Shown here: in pieces, positions 10,001 to 19,387 of the stretch | Position numbering within the stretch: the first letter of the stretch is position 1 | Layout of the letters: each line of letters starts with the position of its first letter | Assembly: GCA_045595895.1 (NCBI GenBank) | Contig: JAZOBJ010000013.1 | Coordinates: 1,671-65,670, forward strand | DNA: 64,000 nt | Source of the DNA: Candidatus Alloscybalousia sp. | Lineage (GTDB): Bacteria > Bacillota_I > Bacilli_A > RF39 > UBA660 | Reading direction: 5' to 3' | Translations under genes and position numbers: made by a program | The notes under the pieces: model-generated | Database searches by the model: none | What the model was told of the DNA's origin: nothing | Seen by the model: the letters and a program-made list of their open reading frames with translations, nothing else

Positions 10001-10016
10001 AATTAGTCTTTTTTTT
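9994..10016 (+). terminator. rho-independent terminator after gpmI
   Basis: Hairpin agactaaaattagtct followed by T8. Confidence 0.45.
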
Positions 10017-10063
10017 GACATTGTTTTTTGATTTTTTATCTTATAATACTGTTGGTGATATTA

Positions 10064-10236
10064 TGAAAGTAAAAATATTTGATTTTGAGGATGAAAAAGA
10101 TTTAGAAAAAGCTATTAATGATTTTTTAGATGATAGCATGGATGTTGTTGATATTAAATATCAAGTGTCTATGGGAATATTTAGTGAGGAACAGATATAT
10201 TGTTTTTCAGCAATGATAGTTTATGCAAAAAAATAG
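10064..10236 (+). CDS. small sporulation-type protein, Cse60-like (57 aa)
   Basis: MKVKIFDFEDEKDLEKAINDFL..VVDIKYQVS..EEQIYCFSAMIVY resembles the sigma-E-controlled 60-aa Cse60 family from memory. RBS ggtga. Confidence 0.35.
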
Positions 10237-10291
10237 ACTTGTTCGATTGTTTATATTTTCTTAATATTTTATAATTATATTGGGTGGTAGT

Positions 10292-11479
10292 ATGAGGGAA
10301 AGACTTATTTTTCATATTGATGTAAATAATGCTTTTTTGTCATGGACTGCTGTTGATTTATTGAAAAAAGGTTATGAGATAGATATTCGTACTATTCCAT
10401 CGGTAATTGGTGGAGATGAGGAGTCTAGACGTGGAATAGTGACTGCTAAAAGTCCGGTAGCTAAGAAAATGGGGGTAGTAACAGCAGAGCCACTTTATAT
10501 GGCTAGAAAAAAGTGTCCAGGTTTAAAAGTGTTTAAGGGTGACTATGAACTTTATCATCGTGAATCTAATAAATTGTATAAATATTTCTGTAATTTTACA
10601 GATAAAATAGAGCGTTATTCTGTAGATGAATGTTTTTTAGATATGACTGGTACTGAGCTTTTATATCCTGATCCTATTGAACTTGCTTATAAGATGAGGG
10701 ACGAAATATATGAGAAGTTTGGTTATACTGTTAACATTGGGATAGCTAATAATAAATTGTGTGCTAAGATGGCAAGTGACTTTGAAAAACCTAATAAAGT
10801 ACATACTTTGTTTAGTTATGAAATAGAAAAGAAAATGTGGCCTCTTTCAGTTACAGAATTATTTATGGTAGGTAAGTCTTCTAGTAAAATTTTAATGGAA
10901 ATAGGTATTAAAACAATAGGTGATTTAGCTAAAACAGATATTATTTTTTTAAGAAGAAGATTCAAGAGTCAAGGTGATATGATGCATGAATATGCTAATG
11001 GTATTGATTTTAGTGAAGTGGAAGGAAATAGAGCTAAAAGTAAAAGTATTAGTGTTACTGAGACTTTGCCTGTTGATATTGATTCGATTTCGGGGTTTAA
11101 AAAAATATTACTTCCTCAAGCAGATAAAGTTGGTAAACAAGCTAGACGTGAGAAACTTTATGCTAAAACTATAGCTATTATCTTTAAAACAAGTGATTTT
11201 GTTTCTTATACTCATCAAATGAAATTAGTAAATCCTACAAATGTTACTTCTGAAATATATAATTATGCATTAGAAATTTTGGAAAAAGGTTGGAGAGGGG
11301 AGCCTCTTAGATTGATTGGAATAAGACTTGCTGATTTTACTAATGATAATAGTAAACAAATATCATTATTCGATACAGTTAAAGATACTGGGAATGATAA
11401 AATTCAGGAAGTACTTGATAACATTAGTGATAAATATGGTGATGGTGTTATTATGCCGGCATCTCTTAAGAAAAAATAA
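10292..11479 (+). CDS. dinB: Y-family DNA polymerase IV
   Basis: IFHIDVNNAFLSWTAVD with a catalytic D.. motif, SVDECFLDMTG and the little-finger domain. RBS gggtgg. Confidence 0.8.
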   Translation: MRERLIFHIDVNNAFLSWTAVDLLKKGYEIDIRTIPSVIGGDEESRRGIVTAKSPVAKKMGVVTAEPLYMARKKCPGLKVFKGDYELYHRESNKLYKYFCNFTDKIERYSVDECFLDMTGTELLYPDPIELAYKMRDEIYEKFGYTVNIGIANNKLCAKMASDFEKPNKVHTLFSYEIEKKMWPLSVTELFMVGKSSSKILMEIGIKTIGDLAKTDIIFLRRRFKSQGDMMHEYANGIDFSEVEGNRAKSKSISVTETLPVDIDSISGFKKILLPQADKVGKQARREKLYAKTIAIIFKTSDFVSYTHQMKLVNPTNVTSEIYNYALEILEKGWRGEPLRLIGIRLADFTNDNSKQISLFDTVKDTGNDKIQEVLDNISDKYGDGVIMPASLKKK

Positions 11480-11490
11480 TGGGTGATATA

Positions 11491-12414
11491 ATGGAATATA
11501 ATGATAGATTTATTAATGAGTTAATAGATAACGAAATTAAGTTTTGTGATTCTATTTGTGATAAATATAAATATCCTGATAATATTGGCCATTTACTTTA
11601 TATAATTATTCCGGCTTTTATTTTAAAGTATGGTATTAATAATAAGAGTATAATTGAAAAATGTTTTTATGATACACCGATAATAATTGATGATATACAG
11701 GAGCAGATACACCAAGCTTATTATTTTGGTGTTCCAAGATATCAGGGGGATAGTATAGTTGTTGATAAGGGGATAGTGTTAAAAAAATATAAAAATATTT
11801 CTCTTATACAACTACTTGATAATTTGATCCATGAGTTTAATCATGCTATTAATTCCATTCAAAATGAAATAGTTATTAATGATTTTGTTTTAGTCAGAAC
11901 AGGTATTGTTTATAATTGTTTTGATATTAGAACTTTAAAGTTTATTGAAAAGGGTTTTGAGAGTATTTTAGAAGAAGTAATTAATACTAAACAAACTGAA
12001 GAAGTAATTGATATTGTTAAAAGTTTTTCAAAATATAATCTTAATAATACAGTTGTTTCTTATACTTTATATTCTATAAATCATATGACAGATATTAATT
12101 ATCGTTCAAAGAGTTATTTATTAGAATCGTTGGTATGTCGTAGGCTTTTGGAAAATAAAACATTTATTTCTACTTTTGAAACTTTAAGATTTGAGGGAAA
12201 AATTGATGATATAAATGTTTTTTTTGATGATATTGTTGGTAAAAAAGGTTCACTTTCTGAGTTATCTCAGTTGTTGAATGAGTCATTAAAATTACAGAAA
12301 AGTTTAAGCAATAAGAAATGGTTTAGGAAAAGAATAATGAATAAAATAAGAAGTATTAATATTGAGGCTTTTAAAATAGTTGAGTGTTTTGATAATAATA
12401 CTGTATATAAATAA
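11491..12414 (+). CDS. hypothetical protein with an HExxH motif (putative zinc metallopeptidase-like), coupled to dinB
   Basis: LIHEFNHAINS contains HEFNH. Its start overlaps or abuts the dinB stop (taATGggtgatataATG). Confidence 0.4.
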   Translation: MEYNDRFINELIDNEIKFCDSICDKYKYPDNIGHLLYIIIPAFILKYGINNKSIIEKCFYDTPIIIDDIQEQIHQAYYFGVPRYQGDSIVVDKGIVLKKYKNISLIQLLDNLIHEFNHAINSIQNEIVINDFVLVRTGIVYNCFDIRTLKFIEKGFESILEEVINTKQTEEVIDIVKSFSKYNLNNTVVSYTLYSINHMTDINYRSKSYLLESLVCRRLLENKTFISTFETLRFEGKIDDINVFFDDIVGKKGSLSELSQLLNESLKLQKSLSNKKWFRKRIMNKIRSINIEAFKIVECFDNNTVYK

Positions 12415-12436
12415 AAAGACTATTTTTTTAATAGTC
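12405..12436. terminator. bidirectional terminator between convergent genes
   Basis: Palindrome aagactatttttttaatagtctt with T-runs on both sides. Confidence 0.5.
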
Positions 12437-12941
12437 TTTTTTCTTTTTTATAAAGTTTTTTAATCTCTGACAATAACATATATGGTATTTGGTATATTGG
12501 GATGTTTTGATTTGTAATTATTCTTTTAATTGTATTATCTTGATGTTCGATAATTATACTTTTATCCATTTCTTCTTTTTGTTCCCATGTTATTTCAGGT
12601 TGTTTATTTATTTTTCCTGTTATAAAAATGATACAATGGATATATTGAGAGAAATACGATATTCTTTCTTTTTCTGTTGGAATATAAGAATTTATTAGTT
12701 CACAAATGTTATTTAAACTTGTTAGTGATTTCATATCAAAATTATTTTGGTTCCATTTTAATAATTTAAGAATAGAATAGCTAAATAAACTATGTTCCAA
12801 TAAATTTATGTTTTCTAGTTTATCATTATGATAAAAATTTAATTCTATTAAATTATCACAACATTCTTTCATTACTGTTATTGATTCGCTTTCATAATTT
12901 ATTCTTTTTGTATACTTGATTTCCACATTGTTATTCTTCAT
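12420..12941 (-). CDS. hypothetical protein (173 aa)
   Basis: Clean ORF convergent with the dinB operon. No recognisable motifs. Confidence 0.4.
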   Translation of the reverse strand: MKNNNVEIKYTKRINYESESITVMKECCDNLIELNFYHNDKLENINLLEHSLFSYSILKLLKWNQNNFDMKSLTSLNNICELINSYIPTEKERISYFSQYIHCIIFITGKINKQPEITWEQKEEMDKSIIIEHQDNTIKRIITNQNIPIYQIPYMLLSEIKKLYKKEKRLLKK

Positions 12942-13055
12942 AATTTACCTCTTTTTCTGTTTATTATAATTATTTTTCTTGTTTTGTAAATAGAAATGTA
13001 CCAAAATTGAAAAAAATATGATATTATTATATTTAGAGGATCTGGAGGAAATAGT

Positions 13056-14690
13056 ATGAAAAAGAATTCCTTTATGCAAGGTGCGTTTATAGCTACTCTT
13101 GGTATTGTTTTAAGTAAGATTTTGGGAATTATTTATGTTATACCATTTTATGCCATTATTGGGGAACAAGGTGGTGCTTTATATGGTTATGCATATTCTA
13201 TTTACTCAATCTTTTTAGGCATATCACAGGCTGGTATTCCACTTGCAATCAGTAAAATAGTTAGTGAATATAATGTTTTAGGATATTATGATGCTAAAAG
13301 AAGAACTTTCCAACTTGGGAAAAAGGTTCTTTCAATGCTTGGTGTTGTTTGTTTCCTTATAATGTTTATTTTCGCTAGGGGTATAGCTACTGTTATTATT
13401 GGTAATGTTACTGGTGGTAATACAATTGAAGATGTTACTTTTGTAGTTAGAGTTATATCTTTTGCAGTGCTTGTTGTACCATTTCTTAGTATTTATAGGG
13501 GTTATTTACAGGGACATAAATTTATCACACCAACTTCTATTAGTCAGGTTTTAGAACAAATTGTTCGTGTATTGGTCATAGTGTTAGGAAGCTTTTTAAC
13601 TCTAAAAGTATTTAATTTATCTTTAACTACTGCAGTTGGTGTAGCAGTATTTTCTGCTACTATAGGTGCTTTAGTATCTTACTTTTATTTAGTATTTAAA
13701 ATTAGAAAAGATAAGAAAGCATTAGAAAAAGAAACAATGAAAGTTGAAGAACCAAAGATTGCTGATAGAGAGATAATTCAAAAGATAATTATATATGCAT
13801 TTCCATTTATTATGATAGATGTATTTAAATCATTAATTAATTCAGTTGATGTATTTATGTTGGTTAGAGTGTTAGTAAATGGTATTGGTTATACAGCGAT
13901 AGAAGCTGAGTCTATTATGAGTGTTGTTTCAACATGGGGACATAAATTAAATATGATTATTGCAGCTATATCTTCAGGATTAATGGTTAGTTTAATACCA
14001 CACTTAACTGCTAGTTTTGTAAAAAAAGATATGGATGATGTTAAGAAGAAAGTTAATCAAACATTACAGGGGTTATTATTCTTTACTGTTCCTATGACTG
14101 TGGGATTATCAATACTGGCTAAACCCGTTTGGACTATATTCTATGGTACAAGTAATTTTGGACCTAATGTTTATCAATTCTACGTATTTGTAGCACTGGC
14201 TACTACAGTGTTTACTGCTAGTGTTACTATTCTTCAGTTATTAAAAGAGTATAAACAAGTATTTATTTGTCTAATTACTGGTTTATTAACTAATGCATGT
14301 TTGAATATCCCATTGTTATATGCATTTGATTATATGGGATTTCCGGCTTATTATGGTTCAATATTATCAACAATTCTAGGATACTTTGTATGTAGTTATT
14401 TAGCATTACGTTATGTTAATAAAAAATATGAAGTTAGCTATGAAGATACTATTAGAAAAGTGTTTAATATTGTTTCAATTACATTAGTAATGGTAATTGT
14501 GTTACTTGGATTAAAATATATCTTACCATTTAATTCTACCAGTAGATTATTTAGTATTTTATATGTAGTTATATTTAGTATTATTGGTGGTGTTATATAT
14601 TTTGGCATTACATTTAAGACTAAGTTAATATATGATGTATTTGGAAAAGGGAATGTTTGTAAAATATTAGATAAATTTAGAAAAAGGTGA
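13056..14690 (+). CDS. MOP-superfamily flippase (MurJ / SpoVB-like lipid II or polysaccharide flippase)
   Basis: 544 aa with about 14 TM helices and an N-terminus MKKNSFMQGAFIATLGIVLSKILGIIYVIPF typical of MurJ/SpoVB. RBS ggaggaa. Lies immediately upstream of the FemAB genes. Confidence 0.6.
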   Translation: MKKNSFMQGAFIATLGIVLSKILGIIYVIPFYAIIGEQGGALYGYAYSIYSIFLGISQAGIPLAISKIVSEYNVLGYYDAKRRTFQLGKKVLSMLGVVCFLIMFIFARGIATVIIGNVTGGNTIEDVTFVVRVISFAVLVVPFLSIYRGYLQGHKFITPTSISQVLEQIVRVLVIVLGSFLTLKVFNLSLTTAVGVAVFSATIGALVSYFYLVFKIRKDKKALEKETMKVEEPKIADREIIQKIIIYAFPFIMIDVFKSLINSVDVFMLVRVLVNGIGYTAIEAESIMSVVSTWGHKLNMIIAAISSGLMVSLIPHLTASFVKKDMDDVKKKVNQTLQGLLFFTVPMTVGLSILAKPVWTIFYGTSNFGPNVYQFYVFVALATTVFTASVTILQLLKEYKQVFICLITGLLTNACLNIPLLYAFDYMGFPAYYGSILSTILGYFVCSYLALRYVNKKYEVSYEDTIRKVFNIVSITLVMVIVLLGLKYILPFNSTSRLFSILYVVIFSIIGGVIYFGITFKTKLIYDVFGKGNVCKILDKFRKR

Positions 14691-14694
14691 TATT

Positions 14695-15951
14695 ATGGAA
14701 TTTATGATATTAACAGAAGATGAATATAGACAATTTATAAATGGTAATAGTATGACATCTTTTATGCAAACTGTGGAGCTTTCTAATTTAAAAAAAGAAT
14801 TAGGAAGTAAAGTTCATTTTGTAGGAGTTAAAAAAGGTAAAAAAGTAGTAGCAGGTTCTATGATATTAGAAGATTCTACTATTCTTAATAAAAAGATGTT
14901 TTATGCTCCACGTGGTTTGATTGTTGATTATCATAATAAAGAACTTCTTGCATTTTTTACTTGTGAGTTAAAGAAATATATAAAGATGAATAATGGTTTT
15001 ATATTAACGATTGATCCTAATGTTATTTATAGGGTTAGAACTAGTGATGGTGAAATTGATCCCAATAATAATGCTGATGATGAGTCAGTTGATAATTTGA
15101 TTAGTTTAGGGTATAAGCATCATGGTTTTAATCTATATCTAGATACTATGCAAGCTAGATGGTGTTATTTATTTAGTTTAGATGAAGATTATGAAACTAA
15201 AAAATCTAAATTTTCAAAGAGTACTAGAAAAAATATTGACTTTTGCAAGAAAAAAGGTTTAATGGTAAGAGAGGGTACTATTGATGATTTAGCTGTTATG
15301 GCGGAGATTTTTGAGATAACTTCTAAAAGAAAAGATTTCTTTTCTAGGAGTTTAGAATATTATCAAAAAATGTATTATCATTTGAAAAATTTAATGACTA
15401 TATATATAGCTTATTTAGATCCAGAAATTTATTATAATCATACATTAAGTTTATTAGAAGTAGCTAAAAAAAATTATGAAGTTGTTTTGGATAAGATGGA
15501 AAAAGATATGGTTGGTAGTAAACTTATTAATCAAAAAGAAACAGCTTTGAAACAAATTTCTAAATATGAAAAAGAATTGGAAAAAGCTAGCAAGTTTAAG
15601 AAAGATTACCCTAATGGTAAGGATATTGGTTGCTTGTTATCTCTTAGATCTGGGGATGAGTATTTAACTTTATCAAGTGGTACTTTAGCTGAATATAGAG
15701 AATTTACTCCTAAGTATTTAATGTATGAGCATCATATTAAAGAGGCTTATAATGAAGGATTTAAGTACTGTAATTTTTATGGAATAACAGGGGACTTTAA
15801 TCCTAATGGTAAGTATTATGGAATATATGAATTTAAAAAAGGATTTAATGGTAATGTCATTGAATATATAGGACAATTTGAATTAGCAGTTACTGGCTTT
15901 TATTCGGTTTATAAAATATTAAAAAGAATAAAGAAATTTATTGGGAGGTAG
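14695..15951 (+). CDS. FemAB-family peptidoglycan interpeptide-bridge aminoacyltransferase, paralog 1
   Basis: FemX/FemA-like GNAT-fold N and C domains with a coiled-coil insertion (KETALKQISKYEKELEKA) and YGITGDFNPNGKYYGIYEFKKGFNG at the C-terminus. Confidence 0.75.
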   Translation: MEFMILTEDEYRQFINGNSMTSFMQTVELSNLKKELGSKVHFVGVKKGKKVVAGSMILEDSTILNKKMFYAPRGLIVDYHNKELLAFFTCELKKYIKMNNGFILTIDPNVIYRVRTSDGEIDPNNNADDESVDNLISLGYKHHGFNLYLDTMQARWCYLFSLDEDYETKKSKFSKSTRKNIDFCKKKGLMVREGTIDDLAVMAEIFEITSKRKDFFSRSLEYYQKMYYHLKNLMTIYIAYLDPEIYYNHTLSLLEVAKKNYEVVLDKMEKDMVGSKLINQKETALKQISKYEKELEKASKFKKDYPNGKDIGCLLSLRSGDEYLTLSSGTLAEYREFTPKYLMYEHHIKEAYNEGFKYCNFYGITGDFNPNGKYYGIYEFKKGFNGNVIEYIGQFELAVTGFYSVYKILKRIKKFIGR

Positions 15952-15953
15952 TT

Positions 15954-16457
15954 ATGAAGGATAATTATGTATTTGAATATATGAATGAAAATGATTTTAG
16001 GGTAAAAGAAAGATCTGTTCGTAAGTATAATATGCTTGCATATAAAAAAATGATGTTTGAATATTATCCTAAATTAAAAACAGGTGAGTTTTTAGGTACT
16101 CAGATTAGTGAGAATAAAGATGGTAGTGTTTTATATGAGCTACCACTTCCTACTGATGAAATGTTTAGTAAGGTTCATGGTGTAATTACACTTCATTATA
16201 CTGTTTATTTAGATAAGAAGGTTATCTTACTTACTAATATCACACCTGAAGGTATTTTAGAAGAAGGTCATCGTACTGAGCTTGGTGCTTATAAAGGTGT
16301 AATGGTTTCTAAAACAAATAAAGAAAAAGATATGTTTAAAATCAATTTACTTAATATGATGAATAAAGGTTATGGTAGTCAATTTGCATTAGTTACTATT
16401 GTATCTGCAATGACAGTTTTAATGATTAGTGCAATAGTTTTCTTTATTTTAAGATAA
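15954..16457 (+). CDS. hypothetical protein with a C-terminal membrane anchor
   Basis: 167 aa with a C-terminal TM helix (FALVTIVSAMTVLMISAIVFFIL). RBS gggagg. Confidence 0.4.
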   Translation: MKDNYVFEYMNENDFRVKERSVRKYNMLAYKKMMFEYYPKLKTGEFLGTQISENKDGSVLYELPLPTDEMFSKVHGVITLHYTVYLDKKVILLTNITPEGILEEGHRTELGAYKGVMVSKTNKEKDMFKINLLNMMNKGYGSQFALVTIVSAMTVLMISAIVFFILR

Positions 16458-16477
16458 TAAAAAAAATAAGATTCATT

Positions 16478-17752
16478 TTAGTGAATCTTATTTTTTATAT
16501 TCTTTAATAGTTTGTATATTTTAAATGCTAGGTTATATATGATATATAATTTTTTATTTATTACTAAATCAAATTCTCCAATAAGTTCAACTACTTCGGC
16601 ACCAAATCCTCTTTTAAAATCAAATAATCCGTAGTTTTTAGATTCTTTTTTAAAGTCACCATCAATTCCGTAGAAATTGAATGTTTGATAGTTATATTCT
16701 TTTGCATAATTAATCATTTGCCATTGTAGTAAATATTGTGAGTTATATTTCATGAATTCTTTATATGAAGCACCAAGTAGATACACTAATTGATTTCCAT
16801 ATAACATATATAATCCACCAGCTATTATTTTAGTATTACCGTATTTTTCTTTATGTTCTTTTAAGTCATTAATTCTTTTTTCGAAAGATTTTGTTTCATT
16901 TTCAAGTTCATTTAATTGGTTTTGTTTTCTTGGATTATCTTTCATTTTTTCTATTTTTTCTTGTAGTTCTTTGTATTCTGCTTCAGTTTTTTCTAGAAGT
17001 TCTTTAAAGTTTATTTCTACTAATAGAACTTTTACTAAATTATCTTTACTTAGGACATCATAAATGTTTTGATAATAAGATAACGGTCTATCGATAAATT
17101 CTCTTCTATCGGCTGTATGTTTCATTAGTGCTTTAAATTCATTTAAATCTTCTCGTTTACATTCAATGACTCTTAAACAGTTCTTTTCACTGTTACGGAT
17201 TGACCATCTAGTAGTGGCTCTCATATCTTTTAGAATCTCATCTGTAGTTTTGTCTTCTATATTAAGCACTGATAACCATCTTGGTTCTAAGTCTTTTTTA
17301 TCATCCATAGTTATATAAAACCCTTGATGAGTAAAACCTAATTCTTTTAATTTGGTTACTAATTTATCATTTTTAGTATTTTCTATTGGTTCACCATTAA
17401 TATCTCTTTCTTGGTATTTAACATAGGGATTAATCTTTAAAAAAAGAGCATTTTTATCTTTTAAATAACTTTTAATTTCGTTAGTGAATGTTTCCAATAG
17501 ATCTAAATTATTATAATCTAATAGAAAACCACGTGGTGCGTATACCATGTTTTTATTTATTCCTTTTATGTTTTTAAATAATAGAACAGTAGCAGCTACT
17601 ATTTTATTATTTTCTTTGATACCAACCATTTTTCCTTGCCAGTTATTTTCTTTTTTTATTTCAATCCAATATGGGCTTTGAAAGAATAGAGAGTAGGGAT
17701 AATCTTTAGAAAATTCTATAAATTCTTCTTTTTCTAGTTCAATTAATTTCAT
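16478..17752 (-). CDS. FemAB-family aminoacyltransferase, paralog 2
   Basis: YAPRGFLLDY, a coiled-coil insert and YGIDGDFKKESKNYGLFDFKRGFGA. Confidence 0.75.
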   Translation of the reverse strand: MKLIELEKEEFIEFSKDYPYSLFFQSPYWIEIKKENNWQGKMVGIKENNKIVAATVLLFKNIKGINKNMVYAPRGFLLDYNNLDLLETFTNEIKSYLKDKNALFLKINPYVKYQERDINGEPIENTKNDKLVTKLKELGFTHQGFYITMDDKKDLEPRWLSVLNIEDKTTDEILKDMRATTRWSIRNSEKNCLRVIECKREDLNEFKALMKHTADRREFIDRPLSYYQNIYDVLSKDNLVKVLLVEINFKELLEKTEAEYKELQEKIEKMKDNPRKQNQLNELENETKSFEKRINDLKEHKEKYGNTKIIAGGLYMLYGNQLVYLLGASYKEFMKYNSQYLLQWQMINYAKEYNYQTFNFYGIDGDFKKESKNYGLFDFKRGFGAEVVELIGEFDLVINKKLYIIYNLAFKIYKLLKNIKNKIH

Positions 17753-19035
17753 TTTTGACCTCTTTTCATTTTAGCCATTTTTTTAATTATATTACGATAT
17801 ATTGGTACAAGTTTTGTGAATACAAAATACATTGGTTTATTAATTATGTAATCAAATTCACCTGTGAATTCAACGTAATCTCCACCAAATTTCTTTTTAA
17901 ATTCATGAAGACCCATTAATGGATTATTGTTCCTTAAATCACCTATTGTACCAAATTGGTCATATATTTTTAGGCCTTTATCATAATAATATTTTATATG
18001 TTCCTTGTATGTTTTATAGTTTGTGTATGTATCAGTTAAAATATTATGATTTCCAGCATATAATACCCAAGCTTTATTTCCATATTCAATGATAAAGTGA
18101 GCACTTAGTGTAATATTATTATCATATTCTGTTCTTAGACTAATATATTTTTCTAAATCTGAATTGATTTTATTTAATCTTTTTTGTATTTCTTGTTTTT
18201 TTGTATTTTGGCTCTTACTTAGATTTTCTGTTGGTAGTTCATTTAGTTCCTTTTCTAAAACAGTTTTAGTGTTAGTTTGAACATTTATAATTTTGTCTAG
18301 ATTTACTGTTCCTAAGAAGATGTTGCATGAATTATCTTGGTTCCATATTTCATATAGTGATTTATAATACTGTTCATTATGTGTTATAAAGTCTTTTCTG
18401 TTTTCAGTTATAATCATTAAATTATAAAAAGTGTTAATATCATTTTTTGTTCCTATTTGAACATTAATAAATAAATCTTCAGCTTTTTTTATTCTTTGTT
18501 TTGTTGTTTTAGAGAAGTTGTTTTCAATTTCTTCCCAATTTTTTTCAAAGTTAATTCTAAATGTATATCTTGGTTGCATTGTTTCAAAGTTTTTAGTAAA
18601 ACCTAAATGTTTATATTTTAACTTTTTTAATATATTAAATTCTTTAGTGTTGTTTGTTATGATTTTGTTACCATTTATATCTTCGCTATTGTAGATTAAA
18701 TCAGGATCTATCTTGAAAAAAATAGCTTTATTTCTTTTAGAATAATTATTTAATTCTTTAGTGAATTCTGTTAATAATTCCTCGTTATCATAATCTAAAA
18801 CAAATCCACGTGGTACATAAAAGTAACACATTCCAAGTGGTAATTTTTTTTCTAAAAGAAGTGCAGTTGCGACTAGTTGGTTGTTGTCGTCGACTAATCC
18901 TACATAATGGGGAAATAAATTTTTTTCTTTTTTAGAAAATTCACCCCAAGCATAAGATTGTAAAAAATGGCTTTTTTTATGATTTTTAACAAACTCTTCA
19001 TATCTATCTTTTTCTACATTTTTTATAAATTTCAT
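17749..19035 (-). CDS. FemAB-family aminoacyltransferase, paralog 3
   Basis: YVPRGFVLDY, a coiled-coil insert and FGTIGDLRNNNPLMGLHEFKKKFGG. ATGA overlap with paralog 2. RBS ggtga. Confidence 0.75.
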   Translation of the reverse strand: MKFIKNVEKDRYEEFVKNHKKSHFLQSYAWGEFSKKEKNLFPHYVGLVDDNNQLVATALLLEKKLPLGMCYFYVPRGFVLDYDNEELLTEFTKELNNYSKRNKAIFFKIDPDLIYNSEDINGNKIITNNTKEFNILKKLKYKHLGFTKNFETMQPRYTFRINFEKNWEEIENNFSKTTKQRIKKAEDLFINVQIGTKNDINTFYNLMIITENRKDFITHNEQYYKSLYEIWNQDNSCNIFLGTVNLDKIINVQTNTKTVLEKELNELPTENLSKSQNTKKQEIQKRLNKINSDLEKYISLRTEYDNNITLSAHFIIEYGNKAWVLYAGNHNILTDTYTNYKTYKEHIKYYYDKGLKIYDQFGTIGDLRNNNPLMGLHEFKKKFGGDYVEFTGEFDYIINKPMYFVFTKLVPIYRNIIKKMAKMKRGQK

Positions 19036-19105
19036 GTTATCACCATTAATAGTATAACATTTTTTAATTATTATAAAAAGATGTTGTTTAGATTAACATC
19101 TTTTT

Positions 19106-19330
19106 TTACATCATATTATAGCTGTTTGGTTGGTAGTTAGAAGTATAATTATCATTTAATGGCATTGGTGTATTTTCTAACTTCATTAGTTTATTTTGTA
19201 ATTTCATTACTTCTTTTTCTAAATTATAAACCCTGTTTTCAAGATTTTTTATTTCTTGGTGAATATTTATGTTGGGATTAAAATTAGGGTTTTGATTTTG
19301 AAAAAAGAATGGATCGATACTATTATTCAT
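19106..19330 (-). CDS. small Asn-rich coiled-coil protein (74 aa)
   Basis: Low-complexity N/P-rich ends with a central coiled coil (NLENRVYNLEKEVMKLQNKLMKLEN). Divergent from trmB. Confidence 0.3.
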   Translation of the reverse strand: MNNSIDPFFFQNQNPNFNPNINIHQEIKNLENRVYNLEKEVMKLQNKLMKLENTPMPLNDNYTSNYQPNSYNMM

Positions 19331-19387
19331 GTAACAACTCCTTTATTTATTTTATTATATGTTATATAATTTATGTTGGTGATATAT

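Noticed and set aside
10986-11174. 62-aa plus-strand ORF
   Set aside because: An alternate frame inside dinB.
12489-12698. 69-aa plus-strand ORF
   Set aside because: Antisense to the 12420-12941 gene. Its product is F/Y-rich nonsense.
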